Below, piece after piece: positions 1 through 11,400 of a stretch of 64,000 nt of DNA. The notes beneath the pieces were generated by a model, which saw only the letters and a program-made list of their open reading frames with translations, ran no database searches and was not told the origin of the DNA. A program made the translations under genes and the position numbers. Where the stretch lies: NCBI GenBank assembly GCA_030390025.1, contig CM059432.1, positions 71,116,001 to 71,180,000 of the forward strand. Reading direction: 5' to 3'. Source of the DNA: Squalus acanthias. Taxonomy: Eukaryota. Numbering within the stretch: the first letter of the stretch is position 1; every line of letters begins with the position of its first letter.

Positions 1-594
1 TTCACCGAGTTGATGATCTTCCAGCAGCAGCTGATGTTTGTCTGGGTGTGCGTCCCTGGGAACAGTCTGTAGAGCACAGAGTCCTGTGTTACAGAGCTGC
101 TCGGGATGAACCTCGACAAAGACCACTGCATCTCTTTCCAGACCTTCTTTGCAAAGGCACATTCCAGAAGGAGATGGATGACGGTCTCGTCCCAAGCGCA
201 GCCTCCTCGAGGACAGCGTGCGGTGGAGCAGAGATGCCGGGAGTGCATGAAGGATCTGACGGGGAGGGCCCTTCTCACCACCAGCCAAGCTACGTCTTGG
301 TGCTTGTTTGTAAGTTCTGGCGATGAGGCATTCTGCCAAATGACTTCGACAGTCTGCTCGGGGAACCATCCGACAGGATCCACCATCTCCTTTTTCCGTA
401 GGGTCTCGAGGACGTTACGCTCTGACCACTGCTTTATGGCCTTGTAGTCAAAGGTGTTTCCCTCAACAAACTTTTCTACAAAGGACAGGTGGTCCGGCAC
501 GGTCCAACTGGATGGAGCGTTCCGCGGCAGCGTGGCCAGACCCATCCTTCGCAACACCAGGGACAGATAGAACCTCAGCACGTAGTGACACTTA
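1..594 (-). mobile_element. L1/Tx1-clade LINE, ORF2 3' part (continues off window)
   Basis: Reads continuously with 1384-2410 once the 595-1383 insert is removed (…gtgacactt|ggtgtttgcg…). Confidence 0.75.
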
Positions 595-1383
595 GGGTTG
601 GATTTTGTCAATGGGGACGTGATGGAGGCGGGACTCCCACTTTTTGGGTTGTAGTCCCGCCTCCATCGACTTGTGGTCAACCCACTGTATTTTCCCTTGA
701 TTGACCTTGTTAAACCTGCCCAGCGGGCTTAGCAGGCCAAGCTTTTGACAGATGAAATTTCAGTGTTTGACAGCTCTGTGAAGCTGTCAAACACTGACAA
801 TATGATTTCTAACTTGAGTCCCTGTACTTAGACTGAGTTAGAAATCAATCCAGCACAGAAAGCAGAGACTGCAGCTTTTGACAGCTCCGCGGCCATTCTG
901 CGTTCTGTGCCGGTGAGCTGAGGAACTCCCGAGAACTGAAGGAAGGAAGCCTGCAGGACAAAGTTAAGGTAAGTAAAAGTTCTTAAAACACTTTACACAC
1001 ACCAAACATACTTACCTCTGCACTCATGCACCCATCACTCACCTGCACACCGGACATCTCGACCCCTCCAAGCCCTCCAGACCGACGGTCTGCCTCGCTA
1101 AATCGGCATGGTTCGGACCTGTCGGGAAGCCCACACATCAGGGCTAAAAATAGGGATTAGGCAAAAAACTGCCTGTTAACTACCTGTTAACAGGCAATTT
1201 ATTGGCACTAATCCCCTTCCCACCTCGGGGAGGCGGGTCTCAGCACAGGTCAGGTACCCACCTCCTGGGAAACTGGCATGGAGGCGGGTTGGGGGCAGGA
1301 TGGGTTTGGGACCCCCGAATCTGCTATTTTCCCACCACTCCTGCCTCCAAACCTGCCTCCACAGGCCAGTGAAACTTGAGCCC
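595..1383. mobile_element. Non-autonomous Harbinger-like MITE inserted in the Tx1 LINE
   Basis: Ends GGGTTGGATTTT…AAACTTGAGCCC (weak TIR), 3-bp flanks TTA/TTG, interrupts the Tx1 ORF, internal 16-bp perfect hairpin at 760-797. Confidence 0.65.
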
Positions 1384-2410
1384 TTGGTGTTTGCGTACCG
1401 AGGGTCTGTGCACAGCTTGATGCAGCCGCACACAAAGGTGGCCATCAGGATGAGGGCGACGTTGGATATGTTCTTTCCCCCTTTCTCTGGAGATTTGTAC
1501 ATCGTGTCCTCCGGACACGGTCCATTTTGGATCTCCAGATAAAGTGGAAGACGGCTCGGGTGACTGCGGCGGCGCAGGGTCGGGGTATGGGCCACAACTG
1601 CGCCACGTACAGCAACACCGACAGCACCTCGCACCTGATGACCAGGTTCTTGCCCGCAATCGACAGGGAGCGCTGCTCCCACATTCCCAGTTTCCGTCGT
1701 ACCTTGGCGATACGCTCCTCCCAGTTTTTGGTGCACGCCCCGGCCGCTCTGAACCATATTCCCAGCACCTTCAGGTAATCTGACCTGACGGTGAAGGGGA
1801 CAAAGGATCGGTCGGCCCAGTTCCCAAAGAACATGGCCTCGCTTTTGCTGCGATTAACTTTCGCTCCCGAGGCCAGTTCAAACTGGTCGCAGATGCTCAG
1901 CAATCTGCGGACCGACAGCGGATCCGAGCAAAAGACGGCGACATCGTCCATGTACAGGGAGGCCTTAACCTGAGTGCCTCCGCTGCCTGGGATCATCACC
2001 CCTCTTATGCCCGAATCCCTCCTGATGGACCTCGGCAAAGGGTTCGATACAACACACGAACAAGACAGAGGAGAGAGGACAGCCTTGCCTGACTCCAGAT
2101 TTGATCGGAAAGCTTTCTGATTCCCACCCGTTGATTAGAACTGCGCTACTGATGTCTGTGTAGAGCAGTTGGATCCAATTGCGGATTCCCTCCCCAAACC
2201 CCATTTTGGAGAGCACGTTCATCATGTACGTGTGTGATATTCTGTCGAAAGCCTTCTCCTGGTCCAAGCTGATGAAACAGGTGTCCACCCTCCTGTCCCG
2301 CACGTAGGCGATCGTATCCCTGAGTAGCGCGAGGCTATCAGAGATCTTCCTGCCGGGTACGGCGCAGGTCTGATCCGGGTGGATCACCAGCTCCAGAGCA
2401 GACTTGACCC
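1384..2410 (-). mobile_element. L1/Tx1-clade LINE RT region, 5'-truncated and frameshifted
   Basis: ORFs 1965-2387 and 1445-2038: SLDQEKAFDRI, GVRQGCPLS, LYMDDV, YLKVLGIWF, LSIAGKNLVI. Confidence 0.85.
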
Positions 2411-2977
2411 TAATATAAATATTTATACTGAACTAGTAGTAATGTCACTTCCTGTAGTTAAGCCATTCACCCTGGACAGATAACAACATGCAGAGCCAAT
2501 CCTTTAGAATAAAATGGCTGGAAAATCATTAGTGGCATTGGAAGATAAAAGTAATCAAATCCTTTGGCTCTAAATTTACTCAGTAAGGTACTAGCATATA
2601 AATGCTTAATGCATTTGTCTGATTCTTCTCTCTCTCTCTCTGCCATTTTAGCACATGTTGACACATTTAAAATAAATGGCGAAAGTCTTTGCAAAAGTAG
2701 TGGTGAGAGAAACTTCAGCCAAACAACTTAAGCACTCATATACAAGTACCCCACAGCATCATTTCAAGGCCCTGGTATTGTGTGAAGCTACAACACATTT
2801 AATAATTATTGGCCGATACATATTCTGGACTGAAGTGGAGGATTCTTACTGTTTATGCTGAAGTGCACTGTATTGATTTTTACTTTACATTGCAGCCTAT
2901 GTATAGAGTGTCAGATCTTAAAATGTAGAAATGTAATAGAAGGTAAATATGCTTAGTCACCATTGCAATATCTAAAT

Positions 2978-4301
2978 CAGGGCTTCTCTCTGAGGGCCCC
3001 CTCCCATGTTATAAAAGTTCCATGGACCCCCTGTAACACAACACAAGTATTTTTTTCTGTATAAAAATTAGTCATACAATTAAACATATATATTTATTTA
3101 TTATCATTATTGTGTTTTACCGAGGCGGGACAAGGGGCGGGACAGTGCTGCAGTGCTGCAGAAGAACAGGATGCATTGTCAAGCATTACTTGGGTCAGAC
3201 TGTCACAACAAATCAGCTTCGATTTTTGTTACTAAAATTATGCAAAAATATATGTCTAACCTGCACACACACACACAACCGCCTATGAAAGCAAACTAAT
3301 TCAAAGCCATTTGTATAGATTTCCCCATCAAGCCAGGACCTACTAAACCACATCTGGCATTGTTTGTACCAATGGTTACGCCCTGTCTTTATCCCCTTAC
3401 ATAAATATTTTATATGTAGTTGACTGTGTTTAATGGAGGAGCCTCAATGCAAATACAAACTCAGCCAAAGTTGCTCATGTTAATTATTCAGGCGGCAGTG
3501 AAAGAGAAAACCCAATGAGAGAAAGATAATGAAAGGGGAATTTGTTTAATCTGGGAAAAGAACAAGCGAATGGATTGAAAAAAATATACATAACAAGAGC
3601 CGAACTTTGGGGAAATAATTAAAACCGATCGACAGATCAAAGACGGGCGTTTGTTCGGCTTGGTCCCTGTGTTGAGATTTTTTTTCTCGGCAAGGTAAAT
3701 TCTGAGACAGCGTTCAGATTCTTAAAACAAAAATAAATCAGCGACAAAAGAATGCTGAAACTTGTGATCAAAAAGATCGCTGAACACACAGATTAAAAGT
3801 GAGGAAACGGTTGGCAGCGAGTTGAATGAATGAATGAAGGAGGGGAAAATACATGTTTCCCTCCCGAAGAAAATGATTGATAAAAACAGTCACATGTTGA
3901 AAGCAGGTTTTAGAGGAGATACAACTAATCCAAGCCTTATCCATTTTTAAAAGTAGGGTTCATGGGTTTTGATAAACTTATAGGAAACAGTAAATGTAGC
4001 GTGGGCGAGGGGAACGGTGAAAGGTTTGTGTTTCAGTAATATATCGAAAACAATTGAAGCAGCTATGCTGAGGATATTTCTGGTGATTGGAGAAAGATCA
4101 CCGAGGGAAATATAACAGTTTGGTAAGTTTTTTTAAAAAGAGACTCTTCCTGTAGCCGAGGAGAGACGAAGTTACGGTGTAACCGATTCTGGGACTCGTA
4201 GACAGGACTTTCCATTTACAAATGAGGATATATATCCTATAATTATTTTTGGCGGACCCCTTGAAACCTTCTCTCCGCAGACCCCTGGTTGAGAACCCCT
4301 G
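2978..4301. mobile_element. Non-autonomous hAT (Charlie-like) DNA transposon
   Basis: TIRs CAGGGCTTCTC / GAGAACCCCTG; 8-bp TSD ATCTAAAT (2970-2977) / GTCTAAAT (4302-4309); no transposase ORF. Confidence 0.8.
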
Positions 4302-5994
4302 GTCTAAATTACAAAAGCACTCCACGACAGTGCATACAAAAGTACAGCTGTTGAGAAATCTCTGATAAAACGTGTTCCCTAATTAATCAGCATATGGTTC
4401 TGCACAGTAAGAGGGTGAAATTTATCCTGTTGATAATTTTACCTTGACTAGAAAATAAAAAAGGTTCCCCCAATATGTCTATGACACGTTGTACTTGGTT
4501 TGGCAATTTCCTGAAATTTGTTCCCTAGCAACATCCAACTGGCATCTCAGGGTGCCATGTATGAGGACAAGTTAAAAGAAGAAAAGTCTGGCTGCTCTGA
4601 CAGCTGTCTTCATAATTATAACATCACAGATGCATGAGTCCACACACTTGGTTATCAAACTACAGATCTGTGTCTGCAGGACTTACTAGTAATAGGAGGC
4701 TGTCACATCTCTGCAGTTCGATATTGAGGTCCCTCTCTTACGCCACAGAATATTCGAACATGACGATGCCATTCTAGTTAGAAGTATTCTGTTCCTCTCT
4801 ATCTTGAATTACAATCTAATAGACTTTCTTAAATACAATCATTTGCTGCAGGCCTTTCAATCTTCATTGTGAAAAAAATCCTTTGTAGTTTGTAATCTCT
4901 AAGCACATATGTTTTGTGTTTAGCACGAATGGAATTTATCTATTGCTTAAGTTAACATTTTGTTTTGGAACTTAAATAAGGCAATGGCCTGGATTTTGCG
5001 TAGATAATAATGGTGAGTCTAACAGCGCTCACCATTATAACAGGGTAAATCGAATAGCAACTTTCCGCGTCCACACATGCGAAGTTAAATGCAGAAATTC
5101 AGAAGTTGCTCTCAGAGATAACCTGCTCCTCCACAGGGTGCGCTGTAACAGTCCTCACCGACAGACTCGGCACTGAAATCAATGCAATGCCGTGAACTTA
5201 GCGTATTTGCCCACAAGTTCCCCACTAAAGATGCCAGAAAAAGTTAGGGCTGGTGCATTTAGAAGTGAAATTTTAACGGAGTGATAAGTGACAATTACTG
5301 CCAAACAACCTCTCTGTCCCTGAAAATTTAATTTTACAAGTGTGAAGTCTCATGCCTTCAGAAGTTAATAAGTGTTGGAGATTTAAAAAAAATTAAAATA
5401 ATTTTCTTTTTACTTTTTCTGTCTTTTTTATCTCTCTTAATTCTATCTGTCTCTCTGTACATGATTTAGATCTAATTTATACTTCCTACTTTAAACTTCC
5501 TAGTTTAGACTCTGCGGGGGAAAAATTCATCCCCTTAGCGCCTCCCGTTAGCACCAGTAGATGGCGCTAATGGGACACTAGACCAGTATAGCCGGGCTGA
5601 GGCGAATCCACTGCCGCACGCCAAATCTGACCCCCCATAGCACCATCGGTAAGAGGTATCACCGGGAACGTCAACACCAGGTAGATCATGATGTCAGTGA
5701 GTGTGCTTCACTCACTGACCACCCGATTTGCTAAATTGATTGTCGCCACCTACCTCAGCACCTGGAATAAACACCGACAGGGAGAGCTGGCGTTCAGCAC
5801 CAGGAAGCCGGCTCCATGGATGTTATTTAAAGGGATCATCAGTAATCACTTGCAGCTGTTAGGTTAGTGTAGTTTCAGTAGTTTCTTGTCAGTTTCACCC
5901 ACTGCAACAGTTTCATTCAGTAATTTGAAGGTTCTTTTGTATCAGGAGTCTTCTGGGAACTTAAAAGTAGCTACATTTATTCTTCAAAGATTCA

Positions 5995-7343
5995 GGGCTA
6001 GAAATTTGTTATAGCCCAGGAATGGGCGGTATCTTTAGAAAAGTTTGAGAATTAGCGCCAGGCGCTAATGCTTTAGACTGCACGCAAAATTCATTCTCAC
6101 TGCTCAAAGAAATGTTTGGGGCACTAAATCAAGTCTTAAGGGCCTAGCTCAGTGGCGTTATACTCAAAGGGTGGACCAATATTGGGTGCAGTCTAATCTC
6201 AACTCATTTTTGCCACAGGCTTGTTCCAGTACTTAAAGGGGAGGTTCCTTGATACTGCAGCACCTCATTCTCAGCATTGCTTGCTGTGCAGCTGCCTCAG
6301 CAAGGAGAAGCACAACAAAGAGAAGGAGCCGGAGGAATGAAGCAGGTGTGCTCATGGCAGATCAACCTCAGTCAGGTGGTCAGGGTGATTGAATGCTTCA
6401 ACAAATGTTACATACCACCATTTGTACCACAAGCTTCACACACTGCCCAAAGCACTACACGCCCAGCACTCACCCACCAACAATTTCTACCTACCAAAAC
6501 TCACACCCACATCTCATGCCTTGCACACAATGACAGCTATTCAACTATGGCAGGCACAAGGGTCATTAGTTATTAGACTGAATGTGATATGTGTGATATG
6601 TTTATGCATAAATTCATTAATGGAGTTTGCAATATTTTGTGGTCTCTCTCATTTCACCTTTGCACCCAGGAGGACACTGTGATATGGCATGACACAGGGA
6701 TGGTATGCTGGGCATGTGGTGAGCCAAAGGGATCTGGGGTTTAAGTCATCCTGGTGAGAGCCCTGATGTCCCTCCTCATCCCTCAGCGCACATGTTCCTG
6801 TATTTCTGGATGCCTACTCTCCCTCTGCCATAGATCCTGGAGGGTGAGCTGGCATGCCAATACAGTCTCCATTAATGTTGCCAAGTGTATCAGTTTGAAT
6901 CTTTGAACAATAAATGTAGGCACTTTGCACTTGCCAGAACACTACTGATAAAAAAGAACCTTGAAATTACTCATACAAAGTGATCCACTGGCTGAAACTG
7001 ACAAGAAACCACTGAAACAAACTTGCCCTGACAGCTGCGAGTGACTAATGTGGATGCCTTTAAATAACGTCCCTGGAGCCAGCGTCCTGCAGCTGTGCGC
7101 CTGCTCTCCCTGTCACTGTCTGGTCGAGGCACAAAGGTAGGTGGTGAAAATCAATTTCGCAGATCGGGCGGCCAGAGAGCGTTGCTCGCTCACTGACATC
7201 ACAATCTGCCTGCCGTTTAAGTCCCCGGTGGTACCTCGTACCGGCAGTGCAACGGGGGACCGGATTTGCCGTGTGGCTCTGGATTCACCTCGCCCCAGCG
7301 CTACTGCATCAGCGCTCCGTTACCGCCATCTGAATTTTTCCCC
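5995..7343 (-). mobile_element. Non-autonomous Harbinger of the same family, nested in opposite orientation
   Basis: Ends GGGCTAGAAATT…GAATTTTTCCCC; exact TSD TCA (5992-5994 / 7344-7346); close inverted relative of 58320-59681. Confidence 0.85.
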
Positions 7344-7370
7344 CTCAAATTGCTACACTTGGTAACACTA

Positions 7371-7645
7371 ATGGGGGCTATACTGGCATGCCACCTCGCC
7401 CTCCAGGATCTACGGCGGAGGGAGCGTGGCAGTGAGAAATACGGGAACATGTGCGCAGAGAGATGAGGAGGGACATCAGGGCTCTCACCAGGAGGCCTTA
7501 CCCTGCGAGGGTATTCCGAGAGCACTTCTCCTACCTTCAATTAAGCGAGGAGCAGTGTATTAGACGGTTCCACCTCACCAAGGAGGTGGTCACAGAACTC
7601 TGCCACCTCCTCCAAACAGACCTCCAGCCTCACACCAGGATGATT
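7371..7645 (+). pseudogene. Harbinger transposase N-terminal fragment
   Basis: RRPYPARVFREHFSYLQLSEEQCIRRFHLTKEVVTELCHLLQTDLQP resembles the HARBI1-family N-terminus; truncated by an internal deletion. Confidence 0.75.
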
Positions 7646-8069
7646 AAAGGCCAGATCCCCTTTGCTCACCACATCCCCATCAACACCACAATAGAATGGT
7701 AAGTGAATTAATAAATTTATCAACTATCAGGGAACACAAATTTACACCAAAAATATTAACTATTCACCCTTGTGCAATCCCTTAGTGCCTGTTGTTACTG
7801 TGTCTTTGCCTACTCTAATGCTCCTACGAAGTGTTAGCCTTGTGGCTGCAGCAGGGCTGGTGGAAGGCTGCTGAGTGTCTGTGCGGGAGACTTTAGATGG
7901 TCTTACAGGACGCCCTCGACCAGCTCTGGACCTGCAAGGCCCAGCTGTAGATTGCACCACCGCAGTATGGGCAGCAGCAGTCTGGGCTGGCTGGATGAGA
8001 GGCAGCGACAAGGGCAATGGCGGAGTGGCAGTGGTGGGAGCAGGAATGCTGTCACCCTGAGAGAGGACA

Positions 8070-9827
8070 TGTAGGCTTTGCAAAATCCCCCAGAAACTCA
8101 AACAGAACCCTAAAGGGGGTGATTTTTGGATTTTTCATACGAATTTGGGATGATGGGACCTAAGTGAAGTGATTTGAGGTAAAAACCCCAGTTTTGGACA
8201 TTCTTAAGGACCAGGGAAGAAAACCCTGAGGAAAATGACTTTTGGATATTACAGACACAAGACAGGCTGCGGAGGGGTGTAGCAAGGCAGTGGACAGCTT
8301 TTGGGGGCCCAGTCAAGCTGTCTGGGATTTGTTTGCACTGCAATCCAACCAAGGAGGAAGAGACAAACCCAAAACCTCACACACACATCCAAATATGAAT
8401 AATCCAAGACCCCTTTTGAAATTCCCAGGCCCAAACAGGATGCTAGAAGCCTGAAAACAATAAAACATCCAGTACACCCATCACCCCATCAAAAACCAAT
8501 CAGCCAAGTATCTACAGGGACAGATTAACAAGCCCGCCAAAAACCTAAGACAAAAGGGACAAGATTTGGCACGTAGATAAAGGCCCTGCCTAAATGGGAG
8601 ACATCGGAAGCCATCAGGACAATTTAACACCAAGTTAAAATCATCAAAACTTAACAAGCCCGCCAAAACCTAAGACAATGGAATGAACAGGCCTCAACTG
8701 AAACCTAAATCACTTCAACACGAAACCGATTTAGTAAAGGGGTTTTGGCGCGAAAAAGACGAAGGGCCTGAACAGTATAATTGAGGGCCTAATCCCCCAA
8801 GAAAGTTAGTTCGAGTTCCAGCAAGACACTACAAGCCACACGACACGAGCAGGAGGAGGAAAGAAGCAGCAAGGCCACGAGGCAGACCCGAGGCGAGATC
8901 GGAGGCGGGGACAGACAAGGCCAGGCAAGGGCTAGAACTGAGACCATGAGCTGGGAGCGAGTCGGCATCGCTCAACATACGGTCCAGCTCTAGTAGGTAC
9001 TAGCCAAGGCCACTGGAAGCTGGGAGCGAGTCAGCATCGCTCAATCCACGGTCCAGCTCCAGGAGGTACCGCCCCGACAAGCCTCCAACACAACAAACTA
9101 ACAACCAGAGCCACCAAGGGCTCCACGAGGTGAACCGACACTCGAAAGTCCCGCGGAAACCAAGGCCCCGCGCAACAACCAACCACCAGGCAACCACGAC
9201 CAAGAACCAGACCAACACCAGGGAAAAACCGAAGACACGCAAGTTTACACACTACAAACTATTCCTGACTTACCCCTGGGTAAGATTTTCTGTTAAAAAC
9301 CTCTAAACCCTACCTCTATGGGAGAAAATTCGGGTACTTACCTGATAAAGTCCAATACGCACCTTACCGCATCTGCGGACAAACCCAAACTGACCTGGAG
9401 TGCAGCTGGAGTCTTCTACCACGTCCAGGGTACGGCAGGTCCCAACAATCAAAAACCTCAGTGAACCCCGAAATCGCGAAATACCTCAACTGTCAAGAAC
9501 TGTCATTGGTGAGCATTATCCCTGATCCTTTGGAATTGAAACCTAGCTAGACAGTGGGATTGGGAGGGATAAGGGTTTTTGTATATTGTTATTCTCCCTC
9601 GCTTGTACCGTGTGTTCCCCAACCTGTGTTTAAGCATTCAAGTGTGTTTTAAGTTTGTTACCTTTTTCTTTTAATAAAGTCAAAATTCTTTCATCAGAAC
9701 CTGTTGTCTACTGCATCTTTGTTCACAACCCCTAAATAAGTCCCAGGTCTAGAACCAGGGGCGTGGGAGCGATTCGAACCGCTCACTGAGTCAGAGGTGA
9801 AACTGACCCCGCACACCACCCCCTACA
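8070..9827 (+). mobile_element. Long solo LTR (1758 bp)
   Basis: TGTAGG…CCTACA termini; 4-bp TSD GACA (8066-8069 / 9828-9831); TATAATTGA at 8776; AATAAA at 9673; related to 44250-45721. Confidence 0.85.
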
Positions 9828-9831
9828 GACA

Positions 9832-11400
9832 GCAGGTTCCTGCTCCATTGACCCACTGCCACTCCCCCGGGGCAGCACCTTAGCATCCCTAGCAGTCTGT
9901 TGGAGCACAGATTGCTGGCCTGCTCCGACACCGTGAAAGTCCCAGTCGACAGTGGGAGACCCAGCCACGATGGCAGCAGTCAGAGCTTGTGTGTCATCAA
10001 GCTGAGACTGCATTACAGCACTAAGATGTTGCGTCGCTTCTGCCTGTGCTGTGATGGAAGCTGCCAGATCGCCCATCACACGCGGCATCAGGTCTGGGTT
10101 GCTACGGTCTCTCTGGGAGTCTACCATCCTTTGCAGACTGGAAATGATGGGCTCCATGGTGTGCGCAGAGCTTTGGGCAATGTTGGAGGCGGACTCCTCC
10201 ACGCTCCTTACCATTGCCGACAGGCTCTCGGGCACCTTGCCATTGCACCTATCATCTCCGTGTGCATGCCCATCACCCTTCTTCTAATGGCCTCCTCATT
10301 GAGGTCCTCATCTGAGTCCTGTGCAGCAGAACTCGCGTGCGAACTCGCCCTCTGGGGAGCTGGCACCCGAGCTACCCTTTCCCCCAGGCCTTGCTGCAGC
10401 CCACTCGTCCCCAGTGCCTCACCCTGTGCAGATCCCGCTAGATACTAGCCTCTAAAGAACACGTAGTGTGAGTGTCTAAGCTGGTGTCTGCGGGTGAGAG
10501 ATGCAGTGATGCGGTGTGTTCTTCCTCCTCCTCTTCTCCCACTTCTCTCTCTACGGTGCCCTCAGGGACAGGCTGCTGAGGTGGTTGCTGATTGTCTGAA
10601 AGCATAAAGGCACAAAAGACAGGTTAAGGTGAGGGGAGGGGGGCAGGAAGGGAGAAATGCATGCATGCAACATGATTAGCTGGAAAGTGCGAAACGCTTG
10701 TGGGGTGAGGGGGAAGTGAGATGTGAGAAGAAGGAGTAGGGATGAACATACCATTGTTGTCCCAAAGAGGGTCAACATCGCCGGTGGCCACGGCACCCAC
10801 CACCTGGCGCCCAATAATCTGCAGCACTCGATTCTCCAGCTCAGACGATGGTTGGGTGTCGGCTTGTCCGCTACCTGTGCGCTCCTGCTCCCTCCTGTTG
10901 TGAGCCACCTTGCCTGCAAGAGAGAGGAAAGTGTGTGAGTGAGTGTGGAGCAATCTGTTTGGGTGATGTACCTGCCATAGTTGAATAGCTGTCATAGTGT
11001 GCAAGGTGTGAGATGTGGGTGTGAGTGTTGGTAGGTAGAGATTGTTGGTGGGTGAGTGCTGGGGGTGGTGGTGCTTTGGGCAGTGTGCGCAGACTGTGGT
11101 TCAGATGGTGGTATGTAGCATTTGTTGAAGCCTTCACTCACCCTGACCACCCAAGTGTGGTTGTTAAATTTCTTCCTGCACTGTGTGTGGGTCCTGAGAA
11201 CGTGCTGTGCTACCTCCCTCCACATGGCGCGGAAGACTTGTGGCGAGGGCCTCCTGCCACTTGCTGGGTAGAGCACCGCCCTCCGTCTCTCCACAGCGAA
11301 AACCAATCCTTCCAATGCTTCATTGGAGAATCTGTGGGCTCTCTCCCTGGTGAGTGGACCTGCCCTGAGCACATCTGGTTCAGTCCTCTGGCTCCTTCTC
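9832..11400 (-). pseudogene. Harbinger Myb/SANT-like DNA-binding gene remnant (multi-exon; tail continues at 7760-8069)
   Basis: ERAHRFSNEALEGLVFAVERRRAVLYP…WREVAQHV…QCRKKFNN; second exon KVAHNRREQERTGSG; Ser/Ala/Gln-rich C-terminal ORF at 9783-10235. Confidence 0.75.

Noticed and set aside
4687..4773. Possible 87-nt minus-strand exon ending in GTAAGT
   Set aside because: The acceptor has almost no polypyrimidine tract and the peptide is unrecognisable.
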